Of a DNA stretch of 64,000 nt, positions 56,490-64,000 are shown one piece after another; positions within the stretch are counted from its first letter, which is position 1; each line of letters starts with the position of its first letter. Location of the stretch: assembly GCA_013374855.1 (NCBI GenBank), contig CP055308.1:16358-80357 (forward strand). Direction: 5' to 3'. The notes beneath the pieces were generated by a model. That model saw nothing but the letters and a program-made list of their open reading frames with translations. It was not told where the DNA came from and made no database searches. The stretch is from Candidatus Woesebacteria bacterium (GTDB lineage Bacteria > Patescibacteriota > Microgenomatia > UBA8517). The position numbers were made by a program, and so were the translations under genes.

Positions 56490-57710
56490 ATGACCAAAAT
56501 CAGAATTCTTATTCTAATTGCCACAATAATGATAGTTGGGCTTGGGAGCTATCTGCTTTTTCTTTACGCACGAGGTTATAGGATCGATGGAAAAGATTTA
56601 ACCGTCAAACCAAGCGGTCTTTTAATAGTAAAGTCAAATCCAGAAGGCGCCCAAGTGCTTATAAATCAAGAAGTAAAAGGCGCCACAAATATAAACCTAT
56701 CTCTCCCACCCGAATCGTATGATATAACTATCAAAAAGGAAGGCTATTCAACTTGGCAAAAAAGAATAACTATTAAAAAAGAGGAAGTTACTGAAATAGA
56801 AGCACAACTTTTCAAACTGGCGCCCTCACTTTCAGCAATTACATTAAACACCGCTATAAATCCCAATACATCCCCTGATGGAACAAGGATTGCATTTGTG
56901 GTTCCAGCAACCAAAGAAAACATAGAAGAAGAAAAAGAGGGCTTATGGATACTTGACAATATAAATCTACCCCTTGGCTTCTCTCGCGATCCAAGAAGAA
57001 TCACAGATGGAGATTTAAAAGAAGCAAGCTGGGTCTGGTCTCCAAATGGCAGAGAAATTCTTCTGACTCTTGGCAAAAGCAAGTTTTTGTTAGATACAAA
57101 CATTTTCACCCCACAAACTAAAAGAGTGAATGTAGCAGCTAAAGCTGATGAAATAATTTCTGAATGGCAAAAGGAAAAAGAAAAAATACTTGCCTCCAAA
57201 ATTAAAAGTTTACCTGAAAAATTAGCGCCAATTATAAAAGACTATGCAACCAATATAACTTTTTCCCCTGATGAAACAAAAATTTTATACACCGCCAAAT
57301 CTGATTACAACTTGCCAGACGAAATAATAAAACCAATTCCCGGCGCCTCTACTCAAAAACAGGAAAGAGGTATCAAAAAGTATAATACATATGTTTATGA
57401 TATCAAAGAAGATCGGAATTTCTTAATATCAGAAAAAAATGAAGATTTACAAGTAGGTAACCTTTGGGAAAACAAAACCCCTCCAAAGGAAAAAATAGTT
57501 TGGTTTCCAACATCAATCAACCTTATGTGGGCAAAGGAAGGAAAAGTAATTGTTATGGATTATGATGGTAAAAACAGGCAAGAAGTATATTCAGGAAGTT
57601 ACTTTGCTCCGTTTGCTTTCCCTTCCCTAACAAATGACAGAATCATTATACTTACCAATCTTGGCTCCGATTCACAAGATGCAAATCTTTATCATGTAAA
57701 CATAAAGTAA
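56490..57710 (+). CDS. PEGA-domain protein with beta-propeller-like region
   Basis: N-terminal TM, YARGYR, SNPEGAQV..I.IKKEGY..W, SPDG/WSPNG/FSPD repeats. Confidence 0.85.
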   Translation: MTKIRILILIATIMIVGLGSYLLFLYARGYRIDGKDLTVKPSGLLIVKSNPEGAQVLINQEVKGATNINLSLPPESYDITIKKEGYSTWQKRITIKKEEVTEIEAQLFKLAPSLSAITLNTAINPNTSPDGTRIAFVVPATKENIEEEKEGLWILDNINLPLGFSRDPRRITDGDLKEASWVWSPNGREILLTLGKSKFLLDTNIFTPQTKRVNVAAKADEIISEWQKEKEKILASKIKSLPEKLAPIIKDYATNITFSPDETKILYTAKSDYNLPDEIIKPIPGASTQKQERGIKKYNTYVYDIKEDRNFLISEKNEDLQVGNLWENKTPPKEKIVWFPTSINLMWAKEGKVIVMDYDGKNRQEVYSGSYFAPFAFPSLTNDRIIILTNLGSDSQDANLYHVNIK

Positions 57711-57717
57711 AGAATTG

Positions 57718-57790
57718 TGCCGGTGGAGGGAGTTGAACCCCCAACCTTTCCCTTAGGACGGGACTGCTCTATCCTTTGAGCTACACCGGC
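57718..57790 (-). tRNA. tRNA-Arg(CCT)
   Basis: Reverse complement gccggtgtagctca..gtccc-GTCCTAA-gggaa..ggttcaactccc..caccggca. Confidence 0.9.
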
Positions 57791-57815
57791 AATAGGCTAA
57801 TTCTAGCAAAAAACA

Positions 57816-58484
57816 CTACTCTCCCTCAACTACAACTACTAATTCCCCTCTTATTTTTCCACAAGAAAGCTCATCAATAACAGAATCAATACTCCCTCTA
57901 TACAAAGTCTCATAAATCTTCGTAAGCTCGCGAGCTACCAATACCCGCTTTTCTCCACCAAAAATTTCTTTTAGAAAAACAAGCGAATTTAAAACCCTTT
58001 TCGGAGATTCAAAAAAAGCAAAAGTAAACCCCAAGTCTTTGACTCTTGTGATTGTTTTGTGCTTTTTCTTCTTAGGCAAAAAACCAAGAAAAACAAAGTT
58101 GTTTGTGCGAAAACCACAAACAGAAAGCGCCGCTGTTAAAGCTGACACCCCCGGCACCACCTCAACCTTACAAAACCCAGCTCTGTAGAGAAAATCAATA
58201 AGCTCATTACCGGGATCAGAAATTCCGGGAGTGCCAGCATCGGTTACTAAAGCTATATTTTTGCCCTGCTGGAGATAATTCAATATCTTAAATTTCTTCT
58301 CATCACTACTATGCTGGTGATAGCTCAAAATATTATTATTTATATCATAATGTTTCAAAAGTTTACTTATAACTCGCGTGTCTTCCGACAATATCAGATC
58401 TACCTCCTTCAAAACCTTTAAAGCCCGAAAAGTAATATCCTCTAAATTCCCTATTGGCAACCCTACAACATATAAAGTTCCCAC
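57816..58484 (-). CDS. rsmI: 16S rRNA C1402 2'-O-methyltransferase
   Basis: LYVVG.PIGNLEDIT.RA, EDTR, DAGTPGISDPG, ARELTK..E. Confidence 0.95.
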   Translation of the reverse strand: MGTLYVVGLPIGNLEDITFRALKVLKEVDLILSEDTRVISKLLKHYDINNNILSYHQHSSDEKKFKILNYLQQGKNIALVTDAGTPGISDPGNELIDFLYRAGFCKVEVVPGVSALTAALSVCGFRTNNFVFLGFLPKKKKHKTITRVKDLGFTFAFFESPKRVLNSLVFLKEIFGGEKRVLVARELTKIYETLYRGSIDSVIDELSCGKIRGELVVVVEGE

Positions 58485-58643
58485 AAGAGAATTCTATATT
58501 ACAAACCAATAACTTACAACAAAATTGAACTAACAAGAAAAACAAATAGGTTCATACAATGCCCAACAAATGAGAGGAATTGGAATCTCTCACTTGACAA
58601 GGTCTGTGCTTGTCAAAAAAACAATAAGTAATAAAATGAAAGG

Positions 58644-59486
58644 ATGACTGATAGAAACCAAGAAACAGAAGATAAATTACTCCAACCATACCAAGAGACC
58701 ATCCAAGAAATATTCCAGGAGATAAGAGATGAAACCTTCCCTGAAAGAATTGAAAAACTACCAGAAAATATAAAAAAAGAAGTCGTGGCCTCTCTAGCAT
58801 CAATAGAGATAATACGAGAAGCTCTAGGATTCATTATAAGAAACGATAAAATGCCAGAGGAATATAAAAAGGAAAAATTTCACTTAAAATTCCCTTTCAC
58901 AAATAACCTTTTATCAAATCTAGAAAGTTCTAGAGCTGAAAAAGAAACAATAAAAAAAATAAAAGAATGGTCCTTGGAGCAACTGCCCCAGATAATAAAA
59001 AACCTTAAAGATCCAAACTATATCGCTCAAGCTTATAAAGAATTTGGAATTAAGGGAGAAGTTGATATAAGCTTTGAAAACAGAGAACAACAGAATGCAG
59101 CCTATATGTTCACAAATACAATAAGGGAAATAATATATATACACACTTTGCAGGAAAGCCTTAAAATATTAGGAGAAAATGCTTTGGAAATGTCCGAGGA
59201 AGGATTAAAAAGACAATTTTATGAAGAAATTCTTTCCTTTGAAGACGACATTAGTGGAACTAGATATATAAAAACAATACATCTACCCAAACTAAAAGAA
59301 GCATATCTAAACGCCCTCGCCCGCGAATCCTCTCCAAAAGAGCCTGCAACGACGAACGAAGAGAGGATTCAAAAATTATTAGAAGAAACTATGTCGCCAG
59401 CAAAATATAAAGACTGGCAGGTAGCATCCGTTATAACTAAAGAATACGAAAGGCTAATAGAAAACTTCCTAAAAGAAGTCCTATAG
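58644..59486 (+). CDS. Hypothetical helical protein
   Basis: 280-aa E/K-rich ORF; TAAAAT 6 nt before ATG. Confidence 0.7.
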   Translation: MTDRNQETEDKLLQPYQETIQEIFQEIRDETFPERIEKLPENIKKEVVASLASIEIIREALGFIIRNDKMPEEYKKEKFHLKFPFTNNLLSNLESSRAEKETIKKIKEWSLEQLPQIIKNLKDPNYIAQAYKEFGIKGEVDISFENREQQNAAYMFTNTIREIIYIHTLQESLKILGENALEMSEEGLKRQFYEEILSFEDDISGTRYIKTIHLPKLKEAYLNALARESSPKEPATTNEERIQKLLEETMSPAKYKDWQVASVITKEYERLIENFLKEVL

Positions 59487-59558
59487 ATACCTTGGCACGA
59501 AGTACCCCTTTAAATTGGTCTTTACTCAACAGCCCATTTGTATTAAAATATTTGAACT

Positions 59559-59726
59559 ATGCTAAAAGAAACAAAACCAAGATGCAGGCCCAGTGAAGAA
59601 GGAGAATTAATACCCCACAACGCTCCAAAACCCAATTCTATAGAGGAAAAACAACACCAAACAAAACAAGGACCAGATGATGGAGCAAGAGAATCTCAGC
59701 TTGAAAAAATCATTTTTGGAGAATAA
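59559..59726 (+). CDS. Possible small protein (55 aa)
   Basis: MLKETKPRCRPSEEGE...LEKIIFGE*; TAAAAT upstream. Confidence 0.35.
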   Translation: MLKETKPRCRPSEEGELIPHNAPKPNSIEEKQHQTKQGPDDGARESQLEKIIFGE

Positions 59727-59746
59727 AAAAAAGAAACAACTCAATC

Positions 59747-60223
59747 TTAACTTTCCACCTCTTCCCTAGAATAGATAAGACATTCCGATGCACTAACATA
59801 ATCAAAAATCTCACTATCTTTAAAAATAAGTTTTCTCTCTTTTTCTGCCGCTTCGACCGAATCTGAAGCATGAATTAGATTTTGGCTTCCACTCATTCCA
59901 AAATCTCCCCTTATTGAGCCTGCCTCCGCTTCCCTACCCTTGGTCGTTCCAACAATCTTTCGAACCGTTGCAACAGCATCAAGTCCCTCCCAAACCATGG
60001 CTACAATTGGCGTCCATTCCATAAAATTTTTAAGATTGGGGAAAAAAGATTTATCTTTATGATGAGCATACCACTCGTCCAGTATCTCATCAGTAAGCTT
60101 TAGCATCTTAATGCCCACCAACTTCAACCCTTTTCTATCAAATCGATGAATAATTTCGCCTGTCAAGCCTCTCTGAAGAGCATCAGGTTTTATCAAGACT
60201 ACTGTTTTCTCCATATTAGACAT
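59747..60223 (-). CDS. ndk: Nucleoside diphosphate kinase
   Basis: LIKPDA, YAHH..K.FF, GSIRGDFG, NLIHASDS. Confidence 0.97.
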   Translation of the reverse strand: MSNMEKTVVLIKPDALQRGLTGEIIHRFDRKGLKLVGIKMLKLTDEILDEWYAHHKDKSFFPNLKNFMEWTPIVAMVWEGLDAVATVRKIVGTTKGREAEAGSIRGDFGMSGSQNLIHASDSVEAAEKERKLIFKDSEIFDYVSASECLIYSREEVES

Positions 60224-60276
60224 ACCAGTCTGATTATAACAACCAAAATCAAAAACTCAAATGGCAAAAGAGAAAA

Positions 60277-61563
60277 TCAAATTTTATGGACAGGGTCGGA
60301 TCCTGTCCACCAAGTTGCCTTTTCATACGGGCCAATGACGGCAATGTTCAGACGGTTCTCACGGAAGAAATTTTCTGCCACCCGATAAACATCTTCAACC
60401 TTAACTCTATCAATCTCCTCAAAAACTGACTCAATCTTGCGAGTTTTCCCCAGATAAAGCTCCTCAAGCGAGAAAAAATCGCAGACTGCGTGCGTGTTTT
60501 CCAAAGAAAGCGCAAAATGCCCCTTTAAATACTCTTTGGCTTTGAAAAATTCTTTTTTGTCTATTCTGTATCTTCTGTCACGCAAGCCAAAATACTGATC
60601 TAAAATTACATCTATTGCTTCCTTAATTTTAGCAGTCTGCACCCCAGCATAAGTAAGAAAACTCCCCGAATCCTCTCCATGATCAACACCCACCCTGACC
60701 GCATAAGCAAGCCCGCGCTTTTCCCGTACTTCGATAAACATACGCGAACTCATTCCACCACCCAAAACAGAAGACAAAACAGCCTCAGCATACCTGTCTT
60801 TATGCCCAAACTCAGCCCCCCTAAAGCCAACAATCAAATGGGCTTGGTCTGTTTTTTTCTTCTTTAAAAAAACATTCGGCCTTTTCTGGTCAAAACTATC
60901 CCAAGCTGAAAGTGGTTTCTGATCAGTCTTTTTAAGTTCCCCAAAATACTCCTCCACCAACCTCAAAAGAGTATCTTCCTTGAAATTACCTACAACACTC
61001 AAAAGCATGTTCTCCGGATAATAATACTTTTCCCGATAATTCAAGAAGTCCTCCCTTTTCAAACCCTTTACCGTTTCTTTCGTCCCCGCGATATCCCGCG
61101 CCAAAGAAGAACCGGCAAATGTAATATTTTCAAAAATATCATAAATTTTAGTCATTGGAGTATCCTCATACATTGCAATTTCCTCCAAAATTACCCCTTT
61201 TTCCTTTTCAATTTCCTCCTCTTTAAGAAGTGGATGCAAGACTATATCAGAAAGTATATCAATACTTTTTTCTATAACATCCGCACGGGATTTTATATAA
61301 AAATTAGTCCACTCCTTAGAAGTACCCGCATTGGTTTCCGCCCCTATTGAATCAATGCTCTCTGATATGGCTTTTGCAGAAGGTCTTTTTTTGCTTCCCT
61401 TAAAAACCATATGTTCCAAAAAATGAGAAAGACCAGCCTTTTCATCTTCCTCAAAACGAGAGCCAGTTTTTACCCACAAATTAACAAGAACAGACTTCAA
61501 ATCATCTCTTGGCACAAGCAAGACTCGCAAGTTATTCTTAAGAATTATTTTTTTGCAATCCAT
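60277..61563 (-). CDS. M16 (pitrilysin-family) zinc peptidase
   Basis: GSRFE, GLSHFLEHMVFKG (HxxEH), NAGT, LGGGMSSR.F.EVREKRGLAY. Confidence 0.93.
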   Translation of the reverse strand: MDCKKIILKNNLRVLLVPRDDLKSVLVNLWVKTGSRFEEDEKAGLSHFLEHMVFKGSKKRPSAKAISESIDSIGAETNAGTSKEWTNFYIKSRADVIEKSIDILSDIVLHPLLKEEEIEKEKGVILEEIAMYEDTPMTKIYDIFENITFAGSSLARDIAGTKETVKGLKREDFLNYREKYYYPENMLLSVVGNFKEDTLLRLVEEYFGELKKTDQKPLSAWDSFDQKRPNVFLKKKKTDQAHLIVGFRGAEFGHKDRYAEAVLSSVLGGGMSSRMFIEVREKRGLAYAVRVGVDHGEDSGSFLTYAGVQTAKIKEAIDVILDQYFGLRDRRYRIDKKEFFKAKEYLKGHFALSLENTHAVCDFFSLEELYLGKTRKIESVFEEIDRVKVEDVYRVAENFFRENRLNIAVIGPYEKATWWTGSDPVHKI

Positions 61564-61574
61564 AAGGCTTTTTA

Positions 61575-63353
61575 CTACATTCTCTCAACCACCTCAATAC
61601 CCAAAAGCCGAAGTCCATTTCTTATCACCCACCCAATATCCTCTGTAAGTTTTAGCCTAAACATTTTCTTTTTGGAGTTTTTTTCCTTCAAAATTGGATA
61701 TTTATCGTAAAAGCTATTGTAACGCTGGCAAAGAGCAAACAAATAATCACAAATCACCTTTGGAGAAAAATCAACAGCTGCTTTTTTAACAAATTCCCCA
61801 AAATGAAAAAGAAGGCGGGCAATATCCCGCTCTTCATCGGTTAAATCAAGCCTTAAAACTTCAATATCGCAATATTCTAAATCTTTGACAATAAACCCTT
61901 TTTCTTTTGCTTTTTCCAAGACAGAATTAGTCCGTGCAAAAGTATACTGGATATAAGGCCCGGAATTTCCTTTTAAATCAAGAATCTTGTTCCAGTCAAA
62001 AACAATATCGCTTCCTACTGCATGCTTTAAATCAAAATATTTAATTGCTCCTATCCCGATATCGTTTGTTATCCTCTCCAAATCTTTTTCAGGAATATCG
62101 CGAGCAGTCTTTGAGGAATTAATAATCTCTCCTGCTTTTCTTATAGCCTCCTTTAGTACTTCTTCCAAGTTTACAACATCACCTTCTCTGGTTGAGAATT
62201 TTTTACCAGAAGGAGAAAGGTAAAGACCATGCGCTGTATGGTGCAAAATAATCGAATCGCCAGCCCAACCAAGTTTTCTTGCTGCAGCAAAAACTTGTTT
62301 AAAATGAAGGGTCTGCTCTTTCCCTACCTCATAAATAATAACATGAGGCTCAAAACGACGTATACGGTAATAAATACAGGCCAAATCCCGCGCCGCATAA
62401 GTAGTTGTTCCATCACTTTTTAAGAACATCAAAGGAGTTTTTATTCCATACTCTTGTAAATCTATTATTTTTGCCCCTCCTTCCCCTTCAGAAAGATAGC
62501 TTAAGAAATGTTTATTCTTAAGCAACCGCTTAAGAACATTAGAATATCGGCTCTCTCCCATCATCATATCAAAAGAAACACCCAAAAGATCATAAATTCT
62601 GTTGAATTCCCTCATTGAGATGCTTACACACTTGCGCCAAATCTCCCGCGCCATGGGAACACCTTTCTCAAGCTTTGCAAACCAAGCGCGCGCCTCAAAA
62701 TCCATTTTTTCCTTTTCTTCGCCCTTTGCAAGCTGATGATACTTTACATACAACTTCTCCAATCCTTCAACAGTAACTGATTCTAAAGGATGTCGCTTTA
62801 GCATATAAATAAGTTTGCCGAACTGTGTCCCCCAATCACCCAAGTGATTGTCTCCTATTACCTTATAGCCTAAAAATTCATAAATGTTATAAAGCGATTG
62901 CCCAATAATGGTTGAGCGGAGGTGCCCAATAGAAAATCTTTTGGCAATATTTGGAGAAGAATAATCAATAACCACCCGCTTGTTTCTTCCTATATCACTT
63001 GAACCATAGTAATAATGTTTTTTACTTATATGTATCAAATTATCAACTAATATCTCATCTTTAAGCCAAATATTTATAAAGCCGGGTTTAATTGCCAATA
63101 TTTTTTCAACATAATTTAAAAGATCAGTTTTTTCCTCAAGAAAGACAACTAGAGATGAAGCCAAATCGTATGGATCTTTGGAATCTCTAACACTTTCCGG
63201 CAACTTTTCAAGCAAACTTTTATCAGCAAAAGCCCGCATAGCAATACTTGTTGTGTAATCGCCAAAATCCTGATTCTCCGGAATCTCAAGCAAAAGTTCG
63301 CTAGTGACTATTCCCAAAGAAGAAGCAACAACCTCTGCAATCCTATCCTTCAT
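61575..63353 (-). CDS. argS: Arginine--tRNA ligase
   Basis: DYSSPNIAK.FSIGHLRST, HLGDWGTQFG, KSDG...Y..RD, KFSTREG, GPYIQY. Confidence 0.97.
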   Translation of the reverse strand: MKDRIAEVVASSLGIVTSELLLEIPENQDFGDYTTSIAMRAFADKSLLEKLPESVRDSKDPYDLASSLVVFLEEKTDLLNYVEKILAIKPGFINIWLKDEILVDNLIHISKKHYYYGSSDIGRNKRVVIDYSSPNIAKRFSIGHLRSTIIGQSLYNIYEFLGYKVIGDNHLGDWGTQFGKLIYMLKRHPLESVTVEGLEKLYVKYHQLAKGEEKEKMDFEARAWFAKLEKGVPMAREIWRKCVSISMREFNRIYDLLGVSFDMMMGESRYSNVLKRLLKNKHFLSYLSEGEGGAKIIDLQEYGIKTPLMFLKSDGTTTYAARDLACIYYRIRRFEPHVIIYEVGKEQTLHFKQVFAAARKLGWAGDSIILHHTAHGLYLSPSGKKFSTREGDVVNLEEVLKEAIRKAGEIINSSKTARDIPEKDLERITNDIGIGAIKYFDLKHAVGSDIVFDWNKILDLKGNSGPYIQYTFARTNSVLEKAKEKGFIVKDLEYCDIEVLRLDLTDEERDIARLLFHFGEFVKKAAVDFSPKVICDYLFALCQRYNSFYDKYPILKEKNSKKKMFRLKLTEDIGWVIRNGLRLLGIEVVERM

Positions 63354-63493
63354 ATTAAGAAATTATATCCTTTATTTTCCTCTTCTCAAGCACTAACTGG
63401 TCAGGCAGGTTTTGAATTTTGAATTTTAAATCATCTAGTTAATCCTCTTTGGTTCTTGCATTTTTTTATTGGATTTTTATTCTATAGCCCCTC

Positions 63494-64000
63494 TCAACGC
63501 TTTACCCAGAATCTCCTGCCATCAGAGGCAACCACCACATCACCAATTTGGTCTGTTCTAAAAACCGAAACACCAAAAGAAGAAAGCATATCAAGAATTT
63601 CCTTATGGGGATGCCCGTAAGAATTCTTCCCCACCGAAATCACTGCCAATTTTGGCTTTATTAATTCCAGCAAATCCTGCGTTAATCCATTTTTACTGCC
63701 ATGATGAGGTACTTTGATATATTCAACAGACAACCTTGAAAGGACACCCAAAGAAGAAAAAGCAGATCCAACTTCCAAAGCCGAAGACGGAGAAAGATCG
63801 CCAGTTAAAAGCGCATCAAATTCGCCAAAGCTCAAGATCAAGTTTATAGAAAAATCATTAGGGCTTTTAGATGTTGTGCGCGCCCCAAGAATAGAACTAT
63901 TTTGATCCATTTGCCCCAATTCTTTAACACTTGATTTTTCAGCCAAAAACGACTGCGAAGGGTGCAATATTACAAAATGCATCAAACCAACTCGCACTTC
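63494..64000 (-). CDS. ComEC/Rec2-type metallo-beta-lactamase domain, 3' part (start outside window)
   Basis: LLTGD, KVPHHGS, ISVGKNSYGHPH, RTD..G. Confidence 0.88.
   Translation of the reverse strand, partial: EVRVGLMHFVILHPSQSFLAEKSSVKELGQMDQNSSILGARTTSKSPNDFSINLILSFGEFDALLTGDLSPSSALEVGSAFSSLGVLSRLSVEYIKVPHHGSKNGLTQDLLELIKPKLAVISVGKNSYGHPHKEILDMLSSFGVSVFRTDQIGDVVVASDGRRFWVKR

Noticed and set aside
604-63905. Numerous short antisense/overlapping ORFs in the track (e.g. 604-804, 10391-10888, 15508-15819, 21651-21956, 27870-28283, 56744-57199)
   Set aside because: Shadows of well-supported genes or tRNAs on the other strand, with no motifs or start signals

Overview
A 64 kb low-GC bacterial chromosome segment. 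Short EF-Ts, no pyrH, mreB directly followed by PBP2 without mreCD, many apparently leaderless genes, PEGA/ComEC/DprA genes and orphan proteins suggest Patescibacteria (CPR), probably Microgenomates (inference). The backbone is housekeeping: rseP-frr-tsf-rpsB, folD-glyA, topA-dprA-pbp2-mreB, def-fmt, rpmB, queA, rpmG-rplK-rplA, rplJ-rplL, rpsU, rnhB, secE-nusG, a second mreB, rsmI, ndk, an M16 peptidase, argS, comEC and six tRNAs. Accessory parts are an ATP-grasp/7TM operon, a truncated IS481-like transposase, two large Cys-rich surface-protein paralogues sharing a 417-bp identical block, and two UppS genes fused to an uncharacterised helical domain next to a polyprenyl synthase. The most unusual signals are non-coding. 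(1) A ~250-nt promoter plus structured leader occurs twice, 31 kb apart, with compensatory base changes, each copy preceding a different small protein with a strong SD. (2) A ~200-nt pseudoknotted RNA candidate lies downstream of tRNA-Trp. (3) A 6S-like rod RNA has its own promoter. (4) Mosaic arrays of 7-mer tandem repeats and palindromes bracket a 15-kb accessory block in inverted orientation. Five orphan proteins also carry twin-arginine-like N-termini. All family calls come from motif recognition by eye, not database searches.
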